From NCBI GenBank assembly GCA_964016885.1, contig OZ024747.1:88784001-88848000 (forward strand): DNA of 64,000 nucleotides. Reading direction: 5' to 3'. This document shows positions 24,996-37,780 of the stretch, one piece after another. Both the position numbers and the translations under genes were made by a program. Under the pieces are notes generated by a model that saw only the letters and a list, made by a program, of their open reading frames with translations, was not told the origin of the DNA and made no database searches. The DNA is from Eledone cirrhosa (taxonomy: Eukaryota). Position 1 is the first letter of the stretch; each line of letters starts with the position of its first letter.

Positions 24996-26894
24996 TAAAA
25001 ATATAGATAGTAGGCGGTGAATTGGTAGAGTTGTTAGAACGTCGGATAGAATGTTTTGCGGTATTGTTTCTGCTCTGCGTTCAACTGTCCCCTTCACCCT
25101 TTCGAGGTCGATAAAAAAAAAATACTAGTCGAATATTGGTTTCGATTCCTTCTCTCTATCACGCTCTCCTTTAGAATAAATCAGCTATGTTCAGACCTAA
25201 AGAGGAGCTGGGCTCTGCCAGCCTTAAAAAGCCGAAGAAACGTCGTATACCACTCGTCGCCTCTACGATTTCACCAGGAGTTATGGGTCCATTCATACAG
25301 TGTAGATTCTATCTTTCTTTCTTTCTCTTCCATTGTCCCCTAGTTGTAGTAATTAAAAATAAATTTGAGACAGTTTCAACTATTTAGCTTGTATATTATA
25401 GTAGGCAGCGAATTAATCAAGAAGTTAGAGTACAAAGCAAAATGCCTTGTCTTATTTGTTCTGGCTCTCTGTGTGCCTGAATTCGAATTCCGTCGAGGTC
25501 AAACTTTCCTTTCATCCATCAAAGTTGATAAAATAAAGTGCCAGTATAGGCCATGGATTGGCAAAATTGTTAGAGTGTCAGTCAAGATGGTTTACGATAT
25601 TTATTTCGACTCCGAGTTCAAATTCTGAGCTCACATCCCACTGTCGCCCATTTGGGTGCTTTTTTTAGCGGAGTTCACAGTTATAAGCATTCGGAATAGG
25701 GGTATCCAATTTCAGTACACTTCATTCCTTCCCTCCCACTATTCTTGGAGACCCCAATAAACGTCATGGGCACTGCGTTTCTCTCCTTGAGTAATCAGTA
25801 AACAAAAAGAAACCTTTATTTCCAAACTTGCAGTTTTTCCTCTCTGTAATTTAAAAAAGAATATTGCTTGTAGTGGTGCCGAATGTCAACTCCTGCACGG
25901 GACACCAGCACTGATCTCGTCCCTGCTTATTATTATTTTTTTTTTATAGTCTAGTCAGGAGGAAGAGCTGTGCCCACGACCCTTCCTCGGCCCTCTGAGA
26001 TTGGTCAGAGGGAGAAAGAAATCATCAAATCAGAGACCTGGCCCGAATGTTTGCAACAGAAACTCCAATCAGACTCAATCAAGCATACATATGATTAAAG
26101 ATATTCCAGTCGTCACCCGATTGTTTTTTTTTTAAAGAGGGAATGGTGTCATTTGGGGGTGACTAGTTGCTATTTCCAGCAGGTTAAGCAACTACGTTCA
26201 TTGGTTTCCACGAATTCCCTTCTATTAGACGGTAGCGTGTGATTGAGGGTGATTCGCTGCTATTTCTAGAAAGTCGAACGACCACATAGATGCCTCTCTC
26301 GTTAACTATAACTAAGGTTACTTTGACACAAGTCAAGATAAAGCAATATTGAATTTTCCAACAGGAAACAGAACAACAGTTTTACCTGGAACAAAGTAGA
26401 GTTACTGTTTAAAAAAAAATACCAGAGAAACCATTTAGTAAAAAATTAAACAAACATCTTCAAGTCAGTCCATGGTTCCTTTCTCCCCTCCACGTATCGT
26501 ATTTACATTGACAGAGAATTACAGAGAACAGGTAATTTTTCATAACAGTAAAGCGCAAAGCAAGATGTAAATAAAAGCAAGTTTGTTAAGTGAAGTAGGT
26601 TGACATGCGAAACAGGTTTGGCGTGTTACTTTATAGACAAACAAGTAAATTACGAATAATTGTGTCTAGTTTAATGTTTGGTTCACCTGTTTGAATTAAC
26701 TACAATCTTATATATCTGTCTGATAAGTAATAAATGAGATAAACACTGATTAGATCAGAACGAGATATTTTCGTTTTCTTATTTCAATATCTATTGTCAA
26801 AAGAACTCGTACATTCAGTGCAAACTGTAGACGTAAGCTTGGTTGAATGGTTAAAGACATTCGCTTCGCAATCCGTGGTTTCTCTCAGAGATCA

Positions 26895-27145
26895 GAGAAT
26901 CCTTCCAGGTAGAGCCTTTACTTCTCCGAATTGAGAGATCACAGCTCCGATTCTATGGGCATGTGGTTAGAATGTCTCAGGAAATAAATCGCTGGACAGA
27001 TTTTACGGGCAAAGCCAACCAACAAGAGACCCAGGGGTAGACCCCGAGGAAAATGGTTCGATAACATCCATGAGCTTGGCTGGTTTCGCTTGGGGATCCA
27101 GCCGGATCAGTTTGAGACGGCTGCGTCTGATAGGAGTGTTTAACT
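26895..27145 (+). mobile_element. Expander/Rex3-like RTE fragment
   Basis: EIRESFQVEPLLLRIERSQLRFYGHVVRM...PRGRPR; collinear with 10445-10710. Confidence 0.85.
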
Positions 27146-27533
27146 AAACACTTTGAGGCAAGCCAATACGCTCGCAGCATTACAACGGGTGATGACAAGA
27201 CTAAGGTGCTGAAACAACCAGATATCCTCACGAGCATTACCTGACACCTCAGTAAGGCGAGCCGCCATCGATGACCAGAACTTTAGGATTTACCGGCTAC
27301 ATAGCCTGTCAAGCAGTGGGATACTTCTATACGTTCTCCTGGTCTTATAACAATCTAAGAAAATCAACAACGAAATACAATTGAAAAAGAAGCAGCTATT
27401 TTTTTTATCAATACATGCCAAATACGAGACATATGAGTGAGATGAGGTCACTCCGACCCGTCTGATCAGGAACCATAACAACCCATCCAACCCATGTCAG
27501 CTTGGAAAGCAGACGTAAAATGACGATAATGAC

Positions 27534-29950
27534 AGTAACAGAGCGGTCGTTGTATGATGATATTTTGTATTACTAACAGAGCGGTCGGTGTATGTTGGTA
27601 CATTGTACTACGAACAGAGCGGCCGGTGTATGCTGGTATTTTGTACTACTAACAAACCGGCTGGTGTATGCTGGTATTTTGTACTACTAACAGACCGACC
27701 GGTGTATGCTGGTATTTAGTACTACGAACAGACTGACCGGTGTATGCTGGTATTTTGTACTACTAACAGACCGACCGGTGTATGTTGGTATTTAGTACTA
27801 CGAACAGACTGACCGGTGTATGCTGGTATTTTGTACTATGAACAGAGCGGCCATTGTATGTTGGTATTTTGTACTACTAACAGGACTGCCGTTGTATGCT
27901 GGTATTTTGTACTACTAACAGGACTGCCGGTGTATGCTGGTATTTTGTACTACTAACAGACCGACCGGTGTATGCTGGTATTTAGTACTACGAACAGACT
28001 GACCGGTGTATGCTGGTATTTTGTACTACTAACAGACCGACCGGTGTATGCTGGTATTTAGTACTACGAACAGACTGACCGGTGTATGCTGGTATTTTGT
28101 ATTATGAACAGAGCGGCCATTGTATGTTGGTATTTTGTACTACTAACAGGACTGCCGTTGTATGCTGGTATTTTGTACTACTAACAGGACTGCCGGTGTA
28201 TGCTGGTATTTAGTACTACGAACAGACTGACCGGTGTATGCTGGTATTTTGTACTATGAACAGAGCGGCCATTGTATGTTGGTATTTTGTACTACTAACA
28301 GGACTGCCGTTGTATGCTGGTATTTTGTACTACTAACAGGACTGCCGGTGTCTGCTGGTATTTTGTACTACTAACAGGACTGCCGTTGTATGCTGGTATT
28401 TTGTACTACTAACAGGACTGCCGGTGTATGCTGGTATGTTGTACTACTAACAGACCGACCGGTGTATGCTGGTATTTAGTACTACGAACAGACTGACCGG
28501 TGTCTGCTGGTATTTTGTACTATGAACAGAGCGGCCATTGTATGCTGGTATTTTGTACTACTAACAGGACTGCCGGTGTATGCTGGTATTTAGTACTACG
28601 AACAGACTGACCGGTGTATGCTGGTATTTTGTACTATGAACAGAGCGGCCATTGTATGTTGGTATTTTGTACCACTAACAGGACTGCCGTTGTATGCTGG
28701 TATTTTGTACTACTAACAGGACTGCCGGTGTCTGCTGGTATTTTGTACTACTAACAGGACTGCCGGTGTCTGCTGGTATTTTGTACTACTAACAGGACTG
28801 CCGTTGTATGCTGGTATTTTGTACTACTAACAGGACTGCCGGTGTATGCTGGTATTTTGTACTACTAACAGACCGACCGGTGTATGCTGGTATTTAGTAC
28901 TACGAACAGACTGACCGGTGTCTGCTGGTATTTTGTACTAACAGGACTGCCGTTGTATGCTGGTATTTTGTACTACTAACAGGACTGCCGGTGTATGCTG
29001 GTATTTTGTACTACTAACAGGACTGCCGGTGTCTGCTGGTATTTTGTACTAACAGGACTGCCGTTGTATGCTGGTATTTTGTACTACTAACAGGACTGCC
29101 GGTGTCTGCTGGTATTTTGTACTACTAACAGGACTGCCGGTGTATGCTGGTATTTTGTACTACTAACAGGACTGCCGGTGTCTGCTGGTATTTTGTACTA
29201 ACAGGACTGCCGTTGTATGCTGGTATTTTGTACTACTAACAGGACTGCCGGTGTCTGCTGGTATTTTGTACTACTAACAGGACTGCCGTTGTATGCTGGT
29301 ATTTTGTACTACTAACAGGACTGCCGGTGTATGCTGGTATTTTGTACTAACAGGACTGCCGTTGTATGCTGGTATTTTGTACTACTAACAGGACTGCCGT
29401 TGTATGCTGGTATTTTGTACTACTAACAGGACTGCCGGTGTCTGCTGGTATTTTGTACTACTAACAGGACTGCCGTTGTATGCTGGTATTTTGTACTACT
29501 AACAGGACTGCCGGTGTATGCTGGTATTTTGTACTACTAACAGACCGACCGGTGTATGCTGGTATTTAGTACTACGAACAGACTGACCGGTGTCTGCTGG
29601 TATTTTGTACTAACAGGACTGCCGTTGTATGCTGGTATTTTGTACTACTAACAGGACTGCCGGTGTATGCTGGTATTTTGTACTACTAACAGGACTGCCG
29701 GTGTCTGCTGGTATTTTGTACTGCTAACAGGACTGCCGGTGTCTGCTGGTATTTTGTACTATGAACAGACTGACCGGTGTCTGCTGGTATTTTGTACTAC
29801 TAACAGGACTGCCGGTGTATGCTGGTATTTTGTATTACTAACAGGACTGCCGGTGTATGCTGGTATTTTGTACTACTAACAGGACTGCCGGTGTATGCTG
29901 GTATTTTGTACTAACAGGACTGCCGGTGTCTGCTGGTATTTTGTATTACT
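27534..29950. repeat. 38-bp minisatellite, about 63 units, with sequence variants and 35-bp deletion units
   Basis: Consensus TGCTGGTATTTTGTACTACTAACAGGACTGCCGGTGTA. Confidence 0.98.
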
Positions 29951-30352
29951 ATATTAAGAAGGTTCAGTGTATATTGGTCTTCTTTTTTATATATATCATA
30001 ACGATATGTATTTTTTCGGGGGGGGGGGGGGGATTTCCAAAAAAATACCAGTGTAAGGTGAGGTTAAAGATGGGAGACTAAAAGGTTTTGGGAGAAGATT
30101 GTGGATTGTATGGAATGTCAATGGAAAACAGAGGATAATCGAGTAGGGAGTTGCATAAAATGATGAGTGATATGTGTGTGACGGAAGAAGAAATGTTTAA
30201 AACAGCCAGTGTCAATAACAAAATTGAAGAGATCCGAAGATGACAGATAGTTGTCAATTGATCGGCTTAGGGAAAACTGAAAGCTTCTCTAATTAAACTA
30301 GAAATTGTCACTCGGATTCCTATAACTAGAGCAATATTCTTGAAATTTTTAC

Positions 30353-30430
30353 CTCCAAACTTGATACATATATCCTCCCACACACGGAAGTATTTTTCTG
30401 TTACTATTGAGTTTTGGAAGTTCCAGAAGT
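30353..30430 (-). CDS. Candidate 78-nt internal exon, product unknown
   Basis: Acceptor gtttcactactag and donor GAG|gtaaaa. Two frames are open (FWNFQNSIVTEKYFRVWEDICIKFG or LLELPKLNSNRKILPCVGGYMYQVW). Confidence 0.25.
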
Positions 30431-31574
30431 CTAGTAGTGAAACATTGTTTGATACGAGAACATAATTTTATATACTTGTTTGTTGTTTTTGACTAATGTG
30501 ACAGGCTTAATAACGGCGGTCTTCTTTCAGTAAGGTTTACCGGCAAAGTGATTCATAGCCGTTGTGAAAAATGATACAATGCGCTATAGAATGTTAATTT
30601 TTATTCATTCATATTAAGCTGAAGGTTTCAAATAAACGATACTCCATTTTATTATTGACTTTCTTTTGATTTTGATTGTTTTTTTTTTAAATTTCCAGTA
30701 TTGTTCCAAGCTTTCTAATTAGACAACTACACATACCTGACATACTTCCCTTCTTGTTGAAAAAAGGAAAATAATAATAAGAAGAAAAAACGAAAATTAG
30801 CTATGTGGGTCGTCTAGCATCCCATTTGATTTGTGACTATTCATTCTATTATATTGTTATATGGGCTCCGGCCTTGCTGGGGCACAGATTTGATTTTTTT
30901 TGTTTTTGTCGGTACTTATTTTTACTAGGTCTAAGTACTTTATTCTATCGATCTTGTTTTGTCGAACTGCTATGTGACGGGACATAATCATTGATACTGA
31001 CGTAAACGCAGACACACACACACACGCTCGCAGTTGTTACCAAATTCCACTCATAAAGTACTGGTCAACTCAAGGTACCGCACAGCAGGACTGAACCAAG
31101 AACCAAAATGAAGAAAAAGAAAAGAAAGAAAAGGCTAAGATAAAAATATGATAGAACAAATCAAATTATGGCGATCCTTGAGTTTATTTATTTATTTATT
31201 TTCTGTTTCGGTTGCTGAATGCAATCAGGGGCCGCTGTTTCTCCTGAAGGTCAATAGTTCTCTTCTAGCTCGAGCGGGAGCGCTTTTCCATTGATCATCT
31301 GCAAAACCGCATTGTTCTCATAACCACTACACGAATCATTCGATGTGTGTAGCTGGAACTACTGCCACCCATTGATTTGGCAGGATTTTTTTTTAGATGG
31401 CAGTTGACTCTTATGAGTTCTTCCGCCTTTTGTCAGGTTTTTTTTTTTGTCCTGCAGGGTGTCCAGGTTTAGTCGCCGACGACCCGACCATGTAACAGGT
31501 TGTATTAGGTTACGTCAAACTGCAACTATGTGTGTGTATGTCTATATTTATGTGTATATTTCTAGGTGTCTGTG

Positions 31575-31870
31575 AAACATATACATATACACCAGGCCCG
31601 AACACAAAGAAACCAAACTCACACGGTCACTGCCTCAGTCTGCCCCATCTCTGACTATTATGAAGAAATGGGAGCCCACGCGCTGGCCGCCCCACGTCCC
31701 CGGCGGACAGAATAGAGAAGGCGTTTCCCCAGAGGATAGTGAGGGAGACGCGCTGGAAGAGCCAGTCCAGCTCGCGAGGTTCACACCTGCGGGTAACCAA
31801 CTCTTTGCCGAATATCATTTCGTTTGGTGCCCAGCGAAGAATTTTCCAACTCTTTTCTTTTAGACAATGG
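31575..31870 (-). mobile_element. CRE-clade-like non-LTR retrotransposon 3' end
   Basis: FGKELVTRRCEPRELDWLFQRVSLTILWGNAFSILSAG resembles the CRE C-terminal L.QR.S.A.QRGNA..IL motif. Confidence 0.72.
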
Positions 31871-32259
31871 ACTGCAACCAGCTTGTATGTCATAGGATGG
31901 GCATTTGTTTGGCATTGTTGTTAATAAAGTTCATCATAGTGTGAGTTGTAGTTTAAGAGGGTCTGTACCACAATGTTTAGAATTTGATTTTCTTTTGTTC
32001 GTTGTTGTGTTGTTATTTAAGAAAGAAGAGATTCTTCATTACGAGGTTAAAAAAAACACAGTATAAACATAAACAATTAAATTATTGAATTACCATTATA
32101 AGAAAACACAAAGGTCAGTAACAGGGAACTGGTGATTAAATATTTTCCTCCCTCTCTGTGTTGACAAACAGGTCAGTGGTAGGTTCAGTCCCGCTGCACA
32201 GTATCTTAGGCAAGTGTTTCTTAAGTTAACCAATGCCTTGAAAATTGCAGAAACTCGTC

Positions 32260-32287
<28 letters not shown>

Positions 32288-32290
<3 letters not shown>

Positions 32291-32625
32291 GGTTTGAGGT
32301 TCACCACTGTATAGAGCTGGTCTATTCCGTATGGTCAATCGTAATGTAATAATATAGAGAGTACTCAACGTAAAGCAGTTCAACCGTCTTTGTTTTTGTA
32401 GTTGGTGGTGCTATTGCGGAGTTAAATATTATAATGAAATGACAGGAGGCTGGATTTGTGTAAATCCTTGAAAGGTTTATTATACTATGATCATTTCAAT
32501 GACCGGGTTCCGTATGAATCCGGATTCATACGGATTCATACGGAACCCGGTCATTGAAATGATCATAGTATAATAAACCTTTCAAGGATTTACACAAATC
32601 CAGCCTCCTGTCATTTCATTATAAT
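32288..32625. mobile_element. (TA)n-embedded element ending in a perfect palindrome with 95-bp arms; possibly derived from a Penelope pLTR
   Basis: 32428-32522 is the exact reverse complement of 32531-32625, and (TA)n flanks both sides. Confidence 0.7.
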
Positions 32626-33064
32626 TATATATATATATATATAATGTATGTATGTATGTATGTATGTATGTATGTATGTATGTATGTATGTATGTATGTA
32701 TGTATGTATGTATGTATGCGTGTGTATGTGTGAGAGAGAGAGAATCTATATCGGTTACACTTGTGTGTGTTTATGATTCATAACTTATATATTCAACAAA
32801 GGAGATCAACTTTGAAAACTGAGCACTGGGATCGATATAATCAACTAAATTAAGGCAGTGCTAGCGTGGGTTAGATGGATTGTCCCATTTGAGGCAAGTT
32901 GGTTCAGGTGACCGTGTCCTGCTCATACAGAACTGTTTCTGGATTGATTTCTACAGTCTAATGACTGAAATAAATAAAAGAATAGTAGTAATTTGAAACT
33001 GAAATTATATTCGATTGTATGTATGCTTATATTCACAAATCGAAGTTCACGGGTTTCGATAAGT

Positions 33065-33612
33065 ACTGATGTTCTTCGACCCAGTGCGTAACTGGTACTT
33101 TATTTTATCAATCCCCGTAAGGACGAAAGGTAAAGCTAACCTCGGCGGGATTTGAACTCAGAACGCAAAGGGTTGTAATTCTATGCCGTAAAGCATTTTG
33201 TCCAACATATTTAAAATAATTGTTTCTACTTTTGGCACAAGGCCAACAATTATTCCAGTACATTACTGGTACTTTATTTTATCGACCTCGTAAGGATGAA
33301 AGGCAAAGTTAACCTCGACGGGATTTGAACTCAGACCATAAAGGGACGTAACTATGCTACAAAGCATGGTGTCCAACCCTCTACTGATACTGCCAATCCA
33401 CCGCCCTTATATTTAAAATAATGGTTTCTGATTTAAGCACAGGCCAAGAATTTGAGGGGGAGGGGTGAAAGTCGATTAAATCGACCTCAGTACATTACTG
33501 GTACTTTATTTTATCGACCCCGTAAGGATGAAAGGCAAAGCTAACCTCGGCGGGATTTGAACACTGAAGATAAAGGGCTGTAACTTCATGCCGTAAAGCA
33601 TGTTGTCCGACA
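33065..33612 (-). mobile_element. Three head-to-tail SINE A copies
   Basis: The core recurs at about 33090, 33260 and 33495. Confidence 0.9.
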
Positions 33613-34344
33613 TATTTAAAACAATAAATCTTAATATAATATATATATTTTTTTAGATATTTCTATAATTTTCACCGTTATGGTTTCCCAGTTTTCTCAA
33701 GCCCCCAAATTGACAATAATAATTTTAGTTCACAATTTCAAAAGAAAGAAAAAATTGAATTTCATTGATTCACTTATGAAAGGAACATAAAATGGCTAGA
33801 GGCTGTTTCAAATATTTCATTCCTGCATGGATTAACACAGCTAAATCAATCAAATAGCTTCCCATGAATAACAGTCTCAAGTGTACTAGTAATTATATTT
33901 GCTGAACCAAACGTCTCTATATAACTAAGCCTTGTTGTCTTTCTCTTTGTGATTGTGTAAATGTGTGCTGCATACATTTTCGACGTGTCGTAGTTGTATG
34001 CATACGTTATGAATAAATATAAATCTGGGCTTTTATCAAAACAAATAATTGTATATCTGATACGTCTCCTTGACAGCTTTTAGTCTTGGGTTGCATTTTG
34101 CCTTTCCTTTCTTTGCATTTCTCATCTGGGAATTTCCTTTTTTTTAAACATGCGATTCTATTCTATATTTTCATGAATACATTTATTAGCTTCAGTCATT
34201 TGATTACGCCATACTTGGACACCATTTTTCTTTTCTTTGTTTAGTTGACCCTATCAATCCTGGCACTTCAGATAAAGTTATACTTTATCTGCATTTATCG
34301 AGTGGCTAAGTTACATTCTGTCGTAAAAGAACACAGCTCGACAT

Positions 34345-34560
34345 ACCATTTATTGCTCTTAGCTCTTAATCCGGCTTGTTCCATCGGGAATATAAGTCAA
34401 CCAATCGTCTCCAATTCTGTCGGTCGGTGACAACTCGTTGGTATCCGTGTTAGGTGATGTTGACGGTTTGTAGGTCGCTTTGTAATGTCTGCCGCCAGAT
34501 CATCTTTGGTCGACTTCTTTTCCGCTTGCCTTCGGGGAAAGTCCCATCATCGCCGTTTAG
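34345..34560 (-). mobile_element. RTE LINE 3' end abutting a mariner fragment
   Basis: PEGKRKRSRPKMIWRQTLQSDL...DRQNWRRLV. Confidence 0.7.
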
Positions 34561-34564
34561 GACG

Positions 34565-34972
34565 GGTGATGTTCTGGATATCTGGAAAATATCTGTGATC
34601 TCTAGGATTGTAAGACGGGAATTGGTGTCGACTAACTCCTTCACTTGGTCGCTGTTAATCACAGTTGGTCGTCCAGAGTGATGTGCATCTTGAATCGAAA
34701 AATATCCCGATCGAAATTTTGGCATACACGTTTTGTAACAGCACACACACCCCTCCCCGGACACAGCGCTTATGTTCCTGCAAGTTTCTAACTCTTTCTT
34801 ACATTTTCTTTTTTAAATAAAAAAGTGTGATGTGTTGATAATGTTCGTTTTAGTTCTCCATTCTCGTCGGAGTTTCTCAACGAACCACTTTGAAGTATCA
34901 AGTATCGAGCGATACGAAAGGGAAAAATAAAAGTATTGGCAATAACCGAATGGACTCTTTGACCAATCTAAT
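34565..34972 (-). mobile_element. Mariner transposon 5' fragment (TIR and N-terminal HTH)
   Basis: KFRSGYFSIQDAHHSGRPTVINSDQVKELVDTNSRLTILEITDIFQIS; TIR-like ATTAGATTGGTCAAAGAGTCCATTCGGTT on the minus strand at about 34943-34971. Confidence 0.8.
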
Positions 34973-36117
34973 CAATGAGTGAGTGAGTGAGTGTGTGTGT
35001 GTGTGTGTGTGTGTGATGAAGAGTAAGTAGGTTTTTACATAAATTTATTCGAAAATTTTCCATTACAAATGTTTCAACGGGTTTGATGATTATGCAGTGT
35101 GTTGGTTCCATAGCATCAATCCGGCCTCTTCAGAGAACCAGGGGTGCAGAGATAAGGGAACTGATAAAATTCAGCCTCCTCTCTCTCCAATATCAGCTCC
35201 CCAATAAGCTAATCACCACGTCAATACCTAATTATAGCATTGTAGGGATGTTACCCCACATATCCACAACACCACAATCACCACCACACATCCACGTCAC
35301 TAGCCATGGGTGACATTCCTGCCATTAGCCACTCGTAGTGACATTGGAGTCACGTATATCACATCGGCCACTGTGGAAATTCAAACACACTGATTTTTAC
35401 ATTAGCATTAAATCTATGTAATATAATGTAGAAGTTCCTTTGTGGATTCACTCAGGCCAAATTATCAGGATTTCCACTGGTCGCTAACTTATTACCCATT
35501 GGGTGAGCATGGGTTACTCTAGTGGGACGCCCTGGACATGTTGAAAACCATATATATATATATATATATTACAACTATATATATATTACAACTGATGATG
35601 ATGATGATGATTATATATATATATGTATGTATATATATATGCACGGGGACATAGAAATAATTGGGCTGGATACCCGATCGTGCGGTTGAACCACTGTGAA
35701 GGACCCTTAGCCTTTGTCAGGGCATTCTTCTAGAAAGCAACTCTGACATAAAACCTGTAGCTCAGTAGTTACCAATGATGTTGATCTTTTCTTCTTTTCG
35801 GGTTATAGCTACTGTCGCTCAGAGAGTGGGATTGGCTCAGTTCACAGTCTTTCCTCACTTTAAAACAAATTTCACACACAGGCATTGTATGATAGCATTA
35901 ATTAATAATTATTATTAATGTTATATCGTGCAATGGCCATACTCGATAACGAGGGGGCAGCCATCATATATATATATATATTCTTAAAATCAAGGTGTAA
36001 ATACAGTGATTAGATGACTAGACAGACTACAGAAAGATGGAATGAAAGGGTTATTAAGAGCCGCCTGTTGAACTTTACCATTTATCATATTAGTTAAAAG
36101 TCAGACATTTAGGTTAC

Positions 36118-36179
36118 TTCTTGATATGCCTGCTGCTTCATCTAAGAACTCTGTTATCTTTTCCACTTCATTGGCCAAG
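36118..36179 (-). CDS. Candidate 62-nt internal exon, product unknown
   Basis: ctgacctttatattataaag| acceptor and GAA|gtaacc donor; encodes LANEVEKITEFLDEAAGISR and is phase-compatible with 51674-51761. Confidence 0.25.
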
Positions 36180-36446
36180 CTTTATAATATAAAGGTCAGT
36201 TCTGAACATCTCTTTAGCTGATCTGTAGCCTTAGAGAAGGTAACTTAACTTGACAATGGCAAATCACCTCCGTATACTGCTGTCCTTGGCTTGATGCATA
36301 CACAGAAAACTATATCAGATTCTACTGATCTAACCTGGTTATATTTAGCAGTTTACTGTCTAATGGTACTAGATATAGAGTAATTTAGCAAAAAAAATCT
36401 GATGTATCATAAGCAATGATATAACAAATTTATTGATAATAATATA

Positions 36447-36770
36447 ACTGTTTCTACTTTTGGCACAAGGCCAGCAATTACCCAGAGCATTACTGGTACT
36501 TTATTTTATCGACCCCGTAAGGATGAAAGGCAAAGTTAACCTCAGCGGGATTTGAACTCAAATAATATAACATGCATCAGTTAGATATTAGATATCATCA
36601 TCATCATTGTTTAACGTCCATTTTCCATGCTAGGAAGGGTTAGACGGGTTGCCCCATTTGAGGCAAGTTGGGTCAGATGACCGTGTCCTGCTCATACAGT
36701 ACTGTTTTTAACTAGATTTCTACAGCTGGATGTCCTTACTAATGCCAATCACATTTACAGTGTTTACCAA
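36447..36770 (-). mobile_element. SINE A fragment followed by an RTE-type 3' UTR/tail copy
   Basis: CATCATCATCATTGTTTAACGTCCATTTTCCATGCTAG matches the tail at 47975. Confidence 0.8.
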
Positions 36771-37416
36771 TGATATAACAAATTGATGTACTGATGAGAT
36801 ATTAACTTTAACATCCTGTTATGATTTAAAAGGAAATATTCAAATATTTATAGTATGGACAGATAATTGTGAACATTTGCATTGATTTAAAGAATTTAAT
36901 TTTTGAAAGTGCTGTTTAGTACTTTTGAAGAATGTTTTGCTAACATGGTTTCATGTGGTACAAGATGTTAAGACAGAATAGCCAAGTAGATAAACCTTTG
37001 GCTACTAGCTCATGAGCAACAGACATATCTACTGCTGATATTTTAAACTTTTTAAACCCAACCTGCCCCAAACTGGTTCTGGTTCTGTGAAACAAAACCA
37101 CCTATTTTAAAGCATTCCTATTTAAATTTAAATCCCCCAACATAGTTTTATACAAGAACCTTTTGTTAAGTTACTTTCTTAGAATGAAATTATTAATAAT
37201 TTTACAGAAACACTCAAAATCTTTCATTAGTTGATTAAAATAGAGTGTATTTCATTAGAAATTCAGTCACAAAAGGGTTAAAATAGAATTGCCAAGTAGA
37301 TAGGCATTAGACTACCAGGGGTCATATGTAACAGACAAATGTATTGATGGTATATTCAGAGAAGTAATTAATATTAAGATAGGTAATTAGACTACCAGCT
37401 CATAAGTCATTAATTA

Positions 37417-37590
37417 ATCGGTAGAGCGTCGGACGCCATGCTTTCCAGCATAGTTACGTCCCTTTATGATCTGAGTTCAAATCCCGCTAAGGTTAACTTT
37501 GCCTTTCATCCTTACGGGGTCGATAAAATAAAGTACCAGTAATGCACTGGATAATTGCTGGCCTTGTGCCTAAAGTAGAAACAATTAATT
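37417..37590 (+). mobile_element. SINE A, short subfamily
   Basis: Nearly identical to 49688-49872. Confidence 0.9.
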
Positions 37591-37780
37591 ACAAATGATG
37601 AACTAAATAGATTATAGATAAATACTTTCCAACCTGTATGTCATAAAATTGGTGGAGGTCAGAATATTTTATCTCTAAATTTTTTCAAATCTTCAGAATA
37701 AAATTAACCATTGATTACTTATAGCGATTTCTAATTTAGGTACAAGGCCAGCAAATTTGGAGGAAGGCAAAGTTGGTTAA

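Noticed and set aside
27534-29950. CRISPR array
   Set aside because: The variable parts are about 10 bp and reused many times; there are no unique spacers or cas genes, and the context is eukaryotic.
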